64,000 nt of DNA from Patescibacteria group bacterium UBA6241 (GCA_002441425.1 DJWB01000001.1:298712-362711), one strand, 5' to 3'. Counted from the stretch's first letter, positions 1 through 8,887 are shown. The notes: generated by a model not told the origin, from the letters alone. Numbers and translations are program-made.

Positions 1-459
1 CAGGTTCACCCAGATGAAAAGTTTGTGGTCGTTATCGATGAGCCAGAGAACCACCTTCATCCTGAGATGCAGAGAACTCTATTAAGAGATTTTATTAATG
101 CATTTCCTCATGTTCAGTTTATAGTCTCTACTCACAACCCATTCATAGTTACCTCTTTATCGAATTCGAATGTCTTTGCACTGAAATATAACGAGGAGAA
201 TAAAGTAGAAAGTGAGAGACTAGATTTATTTGAAAAAGCAGGCTCTTCCAACGAAATTCTACGAGATGTACTTGGTCTCGATACTGCTCTTCCTCTATGG
301 GTAGAGCAACAGCTCGAGGAGGTTATTTCAAGATACTCAGCAATGAAGTTTGAGGATGAGACCTTCGTGCAGCTCAGGAAGGAACTTAAGGAGTCGGGTC
401 TAGACAGAATGGTGCCAGAAACTATCGCGCGGATAGCTGAAAAGAATACCGATGATTAA
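1..459 (+). CDS. ptuA: Septu PtuA-like AAA ATPase, C-terminal part (5' truncated by window edge)
   Basis: Frame is open from nt 1 (QVHPDEKFVVVIDEPENHLHPEMQ...). The Walker-B/D-loop-like motif 'VVIDEPENHLHP' followed by 'VSTHNP' is typical of AAA_15/AAA_21 (OLD/ABC-like) abortive-infection ATPases. An HNH partner gene follows immediately with a 4-nt overlap. Confidence 0.6.
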   Translation, partial: QVHPDEKFVVVIDEPENHLHPEMQRTLLRDFINAFPHVQFIVSTHNPFIVTSLSNSNVFALKYNEENKVESERLDLFEKAGSSNEILRDVLGLDTALPLWVEQQLEEVISRYSAMKFEDETFVQLRKELKESGLDRMVPETIARIAEKNTDD

Positions 460-1096
460 ATTAAACAAAACCGGCGAGCCAGACGTTCTGTTACGCAATA
501 AGGCTTCTTGGACGGCTGAGTACCTGAGACAAGTCGCAGCGGGCCGAGGAGTCTCTCCAACAGTAGCTGGGCGGTATCGCCACGAAGATATCAAGTCGCA
601 GCTCGTTACAGAAACCTCAGGCAAGTGCGCATATTGCGAAAGTAAGATGCTGCACGTTGCATTTGGAGACATAGAGCATATCCGGCCAAAATCCGTGAAC
701 CCTGACCTAACGTTTGAATGGGAAAACCTGACGTTAGTATGTTCAGTCTGCAATAACAACAAGCGAGACTACGATTCTCCTACTGAGCCGCTAATAAATC
801 CTTACATTGATAACCCATCTGACCATTTACGTGCTTACGGGCCGATGGTTTGGCCTAAAACGGATAGCATCCGGGGCGATTTAACAGAAAAACTCTTAGG
901 TCTAAATCGAAAAGAACTTTTCGAACGAAGGAAGGAGCGCTTGGAAAGTCTGATGCATCTTATTGAGAACTGGACACGAGAAACGAATCAAACTCGGAAG
1001 GACATCCTACAAAGACAGATTCTTGAAGAATCTAAGGAGGATAAAGAGTTCAGTCTAGTGATTAAGACGTTTCTTGAAGACTCTAAAATCATTTAG
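452..1096 (+). CDS. ptuB: Septu PtuB-like HNH endonuclease
   Basis: HNH motif CAYCE...HVAFGDIEHIRPKS...NLTLVCSVCNNNK (Cys-pair, His, Asn, second Cys-pair). It is translationally coupled to the upstream ATPase. ATPase plus HNH is the Septu architecture. Confidence 0.65.
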   Translation: MIKLNKTGEPDVLLRNKASWTAEYLRQVAAGRGVSPTVAGRYRHEDIKSQLVTETSGKCAYCESKMLHVAFGDIEHIRPKSVNPDLTFEWENLTLVCSVCNNNKRDYDSPTEPLINPYIDNPSDHLRAYGPMVWPKTDSIRGDLTEKLLGLNRKELFERRKERLESLMHLIENWTRETNQTRKDILQRQILEESKEDKEFSLVIKTFLEDSKII

Positions 1097-1107
1097 CCTT
1101 CTTACGA

Positions 1108-2643
1108 ATGGACGAGAAGGAAAAGAAAGACGAGCTATATAGGGCTTACAAGCCTCTCCGCAACCATCTGAGGAAGCTCAGTGTACCCGAGTCACTCCTA
1201 GTTCTTTGGCATTACCTACGCCATCTCCATTCAGGAAATACGGAATTTCCTGACATAGACGTAAGCCAAGAGTTTTTGGAAGCCGACCATATACAGAAGC
1301 GACGTGGCATATCCGAATGGGATTTAGAAATACTAATCCGAGAAGTCATCATTCATGGCTGGTCTTGGGATGAGGACCAGAAAACGCTTCGCAAAGGCAA
1401 CTATCTGGCTGGAGCAGTCAATAAATTAAAGGACATTAATGGGAGCATCTCAAAGCTATATATCAATAAGGACAATGTGCTAAAGGAGATGGCACGTCTT
1501 TCGCACCAGCAGTTCATGTGGGTCATAAAGAAACCGACCATGAACTCTTTTACGAGGTATTACAAGATTTTTAGTGCACCTGGCCTAGATACATTACTTG
1601 AAAGCCATTTTGAACTGACCATACAGGAGATATTTATTTTTGCTTCTGCTGTATGGGGCTATTTCCAGAACAAGGCAGCACTCGACAATCCACCAAAGAT
1701 TCAAATTCTAAATCTTACGCCAGAAGATTTTGAGAAGTTCGTATCTAAGTTCACCAAAGATTGCGAATCTCTGCGTGAAGACATGCTCGCCTCGAGAAAA
1801 ATTGACGACCGTTTCTTTTACGACTTCAATCCTTTGCGCCGATACCCCCTGATAAGCATGAGGTACTTTGGAAAGGATAGTATCGTGTGTCCCGACCCAA
1901 CTATTTTATACTGGCGGCTTACCGACGGCATTTACTACGAATTGTTCGATAAACCCGGTTTCAGTGAACCTTTTGGAACTTCATTTGAGAATTATGTTGG
2001 TGAGGTCTTAGAGAAAACTTGTGGCGCCTTCAGTATTCTAAAAGAGGAAGAATATGGACCTAAACGAGACCGAAAGAAATCTATTGACTGGATAGTGGAT
2101 GCAGGTCGAGATGCACTTTTTATTGAGTGTAAGACCAAGCGAATGCGCCACAACGCAAAAGCGGAACTTCTTTCTAATGAAGTACAGGAAGCGGACTTGG
2201 AAAAGATGGCCGACTTTGTCGTACAAGCTTATAAAAGTATCCGAGACTACAAAGCCAGAAAGTATCCTCATTTGGCTTACAGATGGAGACGACGTGTGTA
2301 CCCGATGATAGTTACCTTGGAAGACTGGATGATATTCGGTGACTATCTTATGGGACAACTCGACAGCATGATAAGGACAAAGATGCAGACAGAAAATCTA
2401 CCGCTTTGGTATCTCGAGGCTATGCCCTATTCGATATGCCCCATTCAGACTTTTGAGAACCTAATTCAGGTAATAGCTGAGAAAGGTATCCATGATGTAG
2501 TTGCTGATAAGTGCAGAGATGACGACAAGAAGCTCTGGGATTATTCCGCCTATGCACCCGACAAGTATCCGGAAGAGTGGAAGAAGTGCTCTTTCCTCTT
2601 CGAAGAAGATTTTGAAAAGATACTACCTCCCGAGTTCTACTAA
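1108..2643 (+). CDS. Uncharacterised 511-aa protein with putative PD-(D/E)xK-like nuclease motif in C-terminal half
   Basis: Long clean ORF with no family I recognise. The segment '...ENYVGEVLEK...IDWIVDAGRDALFIECKTKR' fits an E...D...ExK restriction-endonuclease-fold pattern. It sits 12 nt after ptuB and ahead of the R-M module, inside the low-GC island. Confidence 0.55.
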   Translation: MDEKEKKDELYRAYKPLRNHLRKLSVPESLLVLWHYLRHLHSGNTEFPDIDVSQEFLEADHIQKRRGISEWDLEILIREVIIHGWSWDEDQKTLRKGNYLAGAVNKLKDINGSISKLYINKDNVLKEMARLSHQQFMWVIKKPTMNSFTRYYKIFSAPGLDTLLESHFELTIQEIFIFASAVWGYFQNKAALDNPPKIQILNLTPEDFEKFVSKFTKDCESLREDMLASRKIDDRFFYDFNPLRRYPLISMRYFGKDSIVCPDPTILYWRLTDGIYYELFDKPGFSEPFGTSFENYVGEVLEKTCGAFSILKEEEYGPKRDRKKSIDWIVDAGRDALFIECKTKRMRHNAKAELLSNEVQEADLEKMADFVVQAYKSIRDYKARKYPHLAYRWRRRVYPMIVTLEDWMIFGDYLMGQLDSMIRTKMQTENLPLWYLEAMPYSICPIQTFENLIQVIAEKGIHDVVADKCRDDDKKLWDYSAYAPDKYPEEWKKCSFLFEEDFEKILPPEFY

Positions 2644-2981
2644 TTACTTACCCTCAGATATTTGTAATGACCGTATAGAGCAGGTGTGTAGTAGTGGGCA
2701 AAGAAAAAGAATTGTCCTACAAATGCTCCACACTCCTTACAGACGTTTGCCAAGTAGGTCTCTTCTGAAGTCTTGCTAAATATAGTCTTAAGAAGGACAC
2801 CGTGCTCCTCTGCCAACGATACTTCTTCATTGGAAAAGCCTTCCGGTCCTCCATATAGATTTCCTGCGTTATCTCCAATCAGCGCAATAAGCATTGGTTT
2901 ATCGCACTGCCAACACTCGGCACTGATTATCATCATTTGTCCTTCTGGTTCGTCCATTCCGGCTATTATACAGAATTCCAA
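2640..2981 (-). CDS. Small hypothetical protein (113 aa), Cys-containing
   Basis: ORF convergent with the 511-aa gene. Contains CWQC...CKEC pairs that could bind zinc. No homology recognised. Confidence 0.3.
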   Translation of the reverse strand: MEFCIIAGMDEPEGQMMIISAECWQCDKPMLIALIGDNAGNLYGGPEGFSNEEVSLAEEHGVLLKTIFSKTSEETYLANVCKECGAFVGQFFFFAHYYTPALYGHYKYLRVSN

Positions 2982-3395
2982 TAAACCGATATCCCTTCAA
3001 AACCAAGGAAATTCTCCTCTAATATTGGGCATCCTCCCGCGCGTACAAATTGCTCCATTAAAACACCCACCACCTATTCGGACTTGTGTTCGGATTTGCG
3101 ATAAGTTAAGAACCTCGAAGCACGGCTTACCCACTCTTGAGGCTGCTCTTGTCTACTCTCTCCTAAGGCTCTCTGTAGCCAGCAGTCGGTCAACGGGTAG
3201 AGGAATACGAGAATACAGATAGAAAGCCTCGTATCTCGCGAAGTGACTCCGTAGGATATGGGAATACGTCTTCCCAAGGAATAGTTCGTAAGTTCTCCCT
3301 CCAAGCGAGCCAGACATAATAAGAAATAGAGGCTCGACAAGAATCTGAGAAGAACTCGCGAAGCGAAAAGTGTCTCAGGTGATGTTATTTTCACT

Positions 3396-3515
3396 ATGGA
3401 CTATAGTAGCCTTAGAAGTACCAACGATACAGAGAACCGAATAGCACCCCCTCTTGAGACAATTTCTAAACTTGCCAAGGTGCTCGATTTAAGTACCGCA
3501 GAACTGCTAAAATAG
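3396..3515 (+). pseudogene. Remnant of XRE-family HTH (controller-protein-like) gene, C-terminal fragment only
   Basis: 39-codon ORF MDYSSLRSTNDTENRIAPPLETISKLAKVLDLSTAELLK* matches the recognition-helix and C-terminal half of Cro/C1-type HTH domains (...RIENGKRNPSLETLIKIAKALDVSLDELL). All three upstream frames are closed by stops. It ends 5 nt before the methyltransferase ATG. Confidence 0.35.
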
Positions 3516-3519
3516 AGTT

Positions 3520-4476
3520 ATGACTACGCAACAAGCAATCATAAAACTCGCAAATGAGTTGAATATCAATAGTATCTACGCACGCCATGTTTTCCATACT
3601 GCAGATAAGACACGATTGTTTGAAGATGCAACACGAATTGTCAACGAGAAACCAAAGCCGTTCGTGAAATGGGTGGGCGGCAAAAGACAGTTACTCCGCC
3701 AATTTCGTGATATGGGATTATATCCGCCTGATGATTTTGATCCTGTCACAAATACTTACTTTGAGCCATTTGTCGGGGGTGGAGCCGTCTTTTTCGACCT
3801 ACTCCCAAAAAAGGCAGAACTTTCTGATTTAAATAATGAACTTGTAACAACATACAATGTCATCAAAAATGACGTTGATGAACTAATCAAATCACTCAAA
3901 AAGCATAAGTACGAAAAAGAATACTATCTTAAAGTACGCGCAAAAAATCCAAAAAGTTTGTCAGATCTTAATGTTGCATCTCGGTTCATCTACCTAAATC
4001 GTACTTGTTTCAATGGTATGTACCGGGTGAACAGCAAAGGTGGTTTCAATGTGCCCTTTGGCAAATATACAAATCCTATAATTTGCGACGAAGAAAACTT
4101 AATCAAAGCGTCAAAAGCACTACAAAAAGTAACTATCAAAAATCAGGATTATAAAAAAGTCCTTGAAAAGGCAGGGAAAGGTGACTTTGTGTATTTTGAT
4201 CCACCTTATTATCCAGTAAGCAAAACTGCCTCGTTCACTTCGTACACAGCAGACACATTCTTGGAAAAAGAGCAGTTGGAATTACGAGATGTATTTATAG
4301 AATTACACAAGCGTGACTGTTTTGTCATGCTTTCAAATTCCGATACTCCTTTAATCAATGAACTTTACTCAAATATCAAAGGAGTGAAAGTATCAAAAGT
4401 AGCCGCTGGGCGTGCGATAAACTCAAACGCAGCAAAGCGTGGAAAAATTAGCGAGGTATTAGTAACTAACTACTGA
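3520..4476 (+). CDS. Dam-family N6-adenine DNA methyltransferase (M.MboIA/DpnM-like, GATC-type)
   Basis: Motifs 'KWVGGKRQLL' and 'FEPFVGGGAVFFD' (AdoMet binding) plus 'DPPY' catalytic motif. This is the D12-class Dam signature. Confidence 0.85.
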   Translation: MTTQQAIIKLANELNINSIYARHVFHTADKTRLFEDATRIVNEKPKPFVKWVGGKRQLLRQFRDMGLYPPDDFDPVTNTYFEPFVGGGAVFFDLLPKKAELSDLNNELVTTYNVIKNDVDELIKSLKKHKYEKEYYLKVRAKNPKSLSDLNVASRFIYLNRTCFNGMYRVNSKGGFNVPFGKYTNPIICDEENLIKASKALQKVTIKNQDYKKVLEKAGKGDFVYFDPPYYPVSKTASFTSYTADTFLEKEQLELRDVFIELHKRDCFVMLSNSDTPLINELYSNIKGVKVSKVAAGRAINSNAAKRGKISEVLVTNY

Positions 4477-4481
4477 ACGAC

Positions 4482-5342
4482 ATGAATAAAACATTTACAG
4501 AACTGATAGATGGTTTCAAAAGCTCCATAAAAACGTGGGATTATTTTGTAAATTGGGACAAAGTGCAAGCAAACTCTGCCGATCTTGAAATTTCGCTCAA
4601 TAAACTGAATTACTTACTTGGTAAAGAGAATCTCAAAGATGAATTTGCTAAACTTTACGAATCAAATCCCGATATTGTAAAAGCATTACCTGTTTTGCTT
4701 GCGGTACGAGAGAACAAGTTAGAAATTTTTGATAAAACTACAAAGGAATCAGAGTTTTTTGATTTTTCCATAGGCAAAGATGACGCAGAAAAGTATTCTG
4801 AGTTTATTGAAAAGTCTGGACTAGCTCGTTTGTTTCAAAAGGACGGGATCAAAAATCTTGTTGATTATGTTATTGGGGTTGAAGTTGGTTTAGATAGCAA
4901 TGGACGTAAAAACCGTGGCGGTACGCTTATGGAGAAAATTGTTGGAACGTATATCAAAGATTTTGCCGAAGAACACGGTTTTGAATATCTTGCACAAGCA
5001 CGCGCTACAGAGATAAAGACAAGGTGGGGTTATGATGTTGAGGTTGATAAATCAGAACGAAGTTTTGATTTTGCCGTATACAATCCGCAAGCAAAGAAGC
5101 TTAAACTGTTTGAGGTAAACTTCTATAACGGAGGTGGCTCAAAACTAAAAGCAGTCTGCGGTGAATTCCGTAGTTTGTATAGCGAACTAACGAAACAAGG
5201 AATTGATTTTGTTTGGGTTACTGACGGTCTTGGTTGGAAAACAGCAAAACGACCGTTAGAAGAAACCTTTAATCACAACAACGGAGAAATCTTTAATCTT
5301 AATATGCTTGAAGATAGGGTCTTGGAGGAGCTAACTTGGTAA
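4482..5342 (+). CDS. Type II restriction endonuclease, DpnII/MboI family (inferred from position and size)
   Basis: 286 aa (DpnII is ~288 aa). It is sandwiched between two methyltransferases with 5-nt and 4-nt spacers. This matches the mboIAM-mboIR-mboICM gene order. Confidence 0.55.
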   Translation: MNKTFTELIDGFKSSIKTWDYFVNWDKVQANSADLEISLNKLNYLLGKENLKDEFAKLYESNPDIVKALPVLLAVRENKLEIFDKTTKESEFFDFSIGKDDAEKYSEFIEKSGLARLFQKDGIKNLVDYVIGVEVGLDSNGRKNRGGTLMEKIVGTYIKDFAEEHGFEYLAQARATEIKTRWGYDVEVDKSERSFDFAVYNPQAKKLKLFEVNFYNGGGSKLKAVCGEFRSLYSELTKQGIDFVWVTDGLGWKTAKRPLEETFNHNNGEIFNLNMLEDRVLEELTW

Positions 5343-5346
5343 ACAA

Positions 5347-6093
5347 ATGGCAAGGGAAATAAAACTACACCCCGAAGAATTCGATCTTGAATGCACAACG
5401 GTGTGGGCTTTTCCAAGGCGTGGAAATTGGGCAACTCACAAATCTGATTGGCGCGGAAATTGGTCGCCAGAAGTTGCACGTAATCTTATTCTCCGATATT
5501 CCAACGAGGGCGATATTTTACTCGATCCGATGATTGGTGGTGGGACAACAGCGATTGAAGCAAAGATACTCAATCGCAATATTATCTGTTCTGATGTGAA
5601 TGATATTGCGCTAGAACGAACGAAAGAAAGTTTGAGATTTGAGGTTGAAAACAAAGCGTGGCAAAAGATTGTCAAGCGCGATGCTCGCAACCTTAACAAA
5701 GCTGAAAATGAAAGTATTGATTTTATTCTCACACACCCACCCTATGCCGACATTATCAAATACAGTGAAGGAGAAATTGACGAGGACCTTTCAAATATAC
5801 ATGAAATAGAGGAGTTTGCTGACGAAATGGAGAAAGTCGCAAATGAATTGTATCGAGTTCTTAAGCCTGGTAAATTTTGTGCAATTTTAATTGGCGATAC
5901 ACGCCGACAAAAGATGTATCAGCCACTTGCATATCGGGTTATGGACCGATTCCTAAATGCAGGATTTAACCTCAAGGAGGACATAATAAAGCGCCAATTT
6001 AACTGCAAAGCAACTGGCTTTTGGGTCGAGAAATCTAAACAAGGCAATTTTTTGTTAATAATGCATGAGCATCTGTTTGTGTTTCAAAAATAA
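5347..6093 (+). CDS. Second DNA methyltransferase (N4/N6 MTase family, DpnA/M.MboIC-like)
   Basis: Motif I 'DPMIGGGTT' and motif IV 'THPPY'. Small (248 aa) ParB-type N6/N4 methylase, as in the DpnII/MboI cassettes. Confidence 0.75.
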   Translation: MAREIKLHPEEFDLECTTVWAFPRRGNWATHKSDWRGNWSPEVARNLILRYSNEGDILLDPMIGGGTTAIEAKILNRNIICSDVNDIALERTKESLRFEVENKAWQKIVKRDARNLNKAENESIDFILTHPPYADIIKYSEGEIDEDLSNIHEIEEFADEMEKVANELYRVLKPGKFCAILIGDTRRQKMYQPLAYRVMDRFLNAGFNLKEDIIKRQFNCKATGFWVEKSKQGNFLLIMHEHLFVFQK

Positions 6094-6210
6094 TTATTTT
6101 GCAGAAAGAATTCACCAAACAATAATTTTGAATAGAATTAATGCGAAGTCTGTTGCGAAACTCCAAGAAGTTCGGATTTCATCAATACAGATAGAGCCCA
6201 AAAGTCTGGT

Positions 6211-7509
6211 CTACAACAATACCAGCGAAGCAAGTCCAAGAAACGCAAAGAATCCAAGCACGTCAGTTGCTGTAGTAATGAAAATTGTTGCTGACGTGGC
6301 CGGGTCTTTCCCCATTGCTTTCATAACGAGCGGGATAAGTGCCCCAAAGAATCCAGCAACAACTAGGTTAAAGACCATAGCAAACGCAAGTACGAGACCG
6401 AGCATCGGGTCTCCATTCCAGAAAGTAGCGACAACGGCAACGAGTACTCCGGTTATAACTCCATTAATAAACCCTGCACCAACTTCTCTGGAAATAGCAG
6501 GTAGTCCATTCTTGAGATTGATCTCTCCAATGGTGATACCCCGCACAATAACAGCGAGTGTTTGTGTCGCTGCATTTCCTCCCATACCCGCAACAATAGG
6601 CATGTACATAGCAAGCACTACAAGCTGACTAAGTGTGTCTTCAAATAAACCAACAACTGCAGCAGCAAGGAAGGCTGTTGCAAGGTTAATGATGAGCCAC
6701 TTATATCTGCTCTTTACCTTGCTCCCCACAGTGTCAAAAGATCGCTCAGCATCTGCCACACCCGCAAAGTTATAGAGCGCAGCAGCGGGCTCTCTACTAA
6801 AGAGTGCGAGCGCATCGTCTGAATACACAATGCCAATAACGCTGCCGTCTCTATCAAGCACTGCTATCTTGCTATGCTTCGTAGCACCAAATGAACTCAC
6901 AACTTCATGAATGTCAGCTTCATATGTTACTGACCGCACAGGAACTACGAAATGCTTCAGTGTCTTATGGTTGCTTTCTCGCACCAATACAGAAAGCGGA
7001 GCCTCTCCAATAAGCTCCCCGTTTTCATGCACAAGTATCTCAGGAAGTTTGCCGAGTTCCCGGTAATGCTCATCAATAGCGTCTGCAGTATCTCCAATAG
7101 TTGAATCGCTAGATACAAGAAGATAATTAAAATTAAGAAGCGAAAGAGCAGCCTTTGGATGGAAACGTAAGAAATAGCTCGCCTTATCTTTAAGCTCACT
7201 TTTTACTCTCGCGATGATTCTCTCACGTCGCTTTTGATTCTTAACAAGCGCGAGTGCATTCTCTGCATGCTGCATATCCATCTGATCAAGAAGATTGACC
7301 ATCTCTTCGTCCTTCAAACTATCAAGGATGCTTTTCCTGACGTGAGGAGAAAGATTGTCAAACAGTGCTGCCTGTTCAGAGACTGAAAGATCTCGGAACA
7401 ACTCCATCCTTTTCTTTGGGTGGTATGTAAGATCGTGCGCCAAAATACTTGGAGTCCTAATGGAGGATGTGTTCGGGTGTACAGCTGAATGGTCTATACC
7501 TTTAGACAT
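6211..7509 (-). CDS. mgtE: Magnesium transporter MgtE
   Basis: N-terminal MgtE_N domain, tandem CBS region, and a C-terminal 5-TM domain ending ...GNAATQTLAVIVRG...TDVLGFFAFLG. Confidence 0.85.
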   Translation of the reverse strand: MSKGIDHSAVHPNTSSIRTPSILAHDLTYHPKKRMELFRDLSVSEQAALFDNLSPHVRKSILDSLKDEEMVNLLDQMDMQHAENALALVKNQKRRERIIARVKSELKDKASYFLRFHPKAALSLLNFNYLLVSSDSTIGDTADAIDEHYRELGKLPEILVHENGELIGEAPLSVLVRESNHKTLKHFVVPVRSVTYEADIHEVVSSFGATKHSKIAVLDRDGSVIGIVYSDDALALFSREPAAALYNFAGVADAERSFDTVGSKVKSRYKWLIINLATAFLAAAVVGLFEDTLSQLVVLAMYMPIVAGMGGNAATQTLAVIVRGITIGEINLKNGLPAISREVGAGFINGVITGVLVAVVATFWNGDPMLGLVLAFAMVFNLVVAGFFGALIPLVMKAMGKDPATSATIFITTATDVLGFFAFLGLASLVLL

Positions 7510-7690
7510 ACGGATTTAACTTAGTATAGCCTCAGTACGAGCATACACATAGACAGAGCGCTCGCAGCAGGATTCACTGCCCACCTCACAAAGCCTGTTG
7601 GAGTTGAGGAGTTAAAGAGTGCTCTTGAGGCACATCTCTAAACCCGAGCATTTTATTCAAATGCGTAGTATCGTATAGGCATCATTATTA
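7510..7690 (-). promoter_or_regulatory. mgtE 5' leader; possible divergent M-box (Mg2+) riboswitch
   Basis: The leader RNA (minus strand) contains ...CUUUGUGAGGUGGGCAGUGAAUCCUGCUGCGAGCGCUC.... GUGAGGU and CUGCUGC occur at about the spacing of the M-box core GGUGAGGC...CGCUGCUGCCC. This is a partial match only. Confidence 0.2.
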
Positions 7691-7885
7691 GTACGTACCA
7701 CTTATGGCAGCAAACAGTCACGGCGTGAGTCCGAAGAAACCTCGGAAGCACCCACAAAAGACGGCAAAACGTCTTGCAATCAAGAAAGCGAGAAAAGAGG
7801 CCGGAAAATAAGAAGCCATTGGCACCACACAGTCTTTGTGTGGTGTTCTTGCAATATGGTCTAATTTATTGTACTATAGCGTGTA

Positions 7886-8128
7886 ATGAGATCTCCTGAT
7901 GTTGATCGTATTCGCTGTGAAAAACAGCTCAATCTTCCTGCCTTTGTGAAGGCATATAACGAGGATCTGCCTGAGCAGTTTCCCCAGGCAACACTTGAGC
8001 TTCTGCAAGAATTTAAGAAGCAGAATAGTTCCCTCTTCAAGCAATCTCGTACGTGGTCTTTAGACCAGCACCGCAAGAAAGTTATGGACTGGCTTCCTGC
8101 ACACACTCGCGCGCTAGAGAGTAACTGA
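7886..8128 (+). CDS. Hypothetical protein (80 aa)
   Basis: Plausible composition. The overlapping minus-strand ORF is Cys/Ser-rich and looks spurious. Confidence 0.35.
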   Translation: MRSPDVDRIRCEKQLNLPAFVKAYNEDLPEQFPQATLELLQEFKKQNSSLFKQSRTWSLDQHRKKVMDWLPAHTRALESN

Positions 8129-8335
8129 AAGTAGTTTAGAGGGGCTGTGATGCCCATTCACAATACGCACTTGAGCTACAGACACCTGTAGCTCTTTTGC
8201 AATAATTTCACAGACTCGTGTATTGGCTTGATTCCGCTCTGCCTTTTCGCGAACGGCTATTACAAAGTGATCTGCAGACTTTTGTTTGCAGTCTTCCTTC
8301 TTAGCGCCCGCAGTAACGCGAACGTGAATATACAC
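8114..8335 (-). CDS. yggU: DUF167/YggU family protein
   Basis: 'IHVRVTAGAKKED...HFVIAV...' matches the UPF0235 (YggU) pattern hvrVxPgAkk. YggT is nearby. Confidence 0.6.
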   Translation of the reverse strand: MYIHVRVTAGAKKEDCKQKSADHFVIAVREKAERNQANTRVCEIIAKELQVSVAQVRIVNGHHSPSKLLSVTL

Positions 8336-8844
8336 TATGGAGTTTTCTGCACAACACGCACTATCTCCCCACTTTGAAGCGTAACAATAAAGACCGGGTC
8401 AGTATCTTCAAGAAGCTCTTTCAAGACTTCAATGGAATTCCCAGATTCTTCTAGGAATGAGAATGTTACTTCTTTAATAAGAGCTACATCAAACCCTGGT
8501 GCTCCACTTGGGCGCACATAGTAGCCGTCTTCAAGCGTAGGTACGCATGTTTCAATCTCAGCACCACAGACAACTTCAGCTTCTGCAGATGTGCGTGCTG
8601 CTTCTCCTTCAAAGTACGTAACGTGTTCCATTGCCAGATTTGTTTCCTCTGGAGACTCTGTAACTGATGAAATCGTTACATAGTATTCTCCATCAACAAC
8701 ACCAACGGGTGCAGCGGGAACTTCCTCAGTGAGAACAACTTCCTTCTCAGGCGCCAGCACAACAAGGAAATAATAGAGACCTGCGGCAAGGAGCACGAAG
8801 AACAACGCTACGAGAATCAGGAAGTGGCTTGAGCGGATTAACAT
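8335..8844 (-). CDS. Membrane-anchored hypothetical protein
   Basis: N-terminal TM helix, then an acidic Glu/Val-rich extracytoplasmic domain. Start and stop are coupled with the flanking yggT/yggU genes. Confidence 0.5.
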   Translation of the reverse strand: MLIRSSHFLILVALFFVLLAAGLYYFLVVLAPEKEVVLTEEVPAAPVGVVDGEYYVTISSVTESPEETNLAMEHVTYFEGEAARTSAEAEVVCGAEIETCVPTLEDGYYVRPSGAPGFDVALIKEVTFSFLEESGNSIEVLKELLEDTDPVFIVTLQSGEIVRVVQKTP

Positions 8845-8887
8845 ACCCTCAGTATACCTAAGTTCCCTGATGCGTGCCTATTCCGGC

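Noticed and set aside
7704-7811. 35-codon basic ORF (MAANSHGVSPKKPRKHPQKTAKRLAIKKARKEAGK) in the mgtE upstream region
   Set aside because: No ribosome-binding site and no match to any small ribosomal protein I know. It more likely lies within the mgtE leader or promoter region, so it is not called as a gene.
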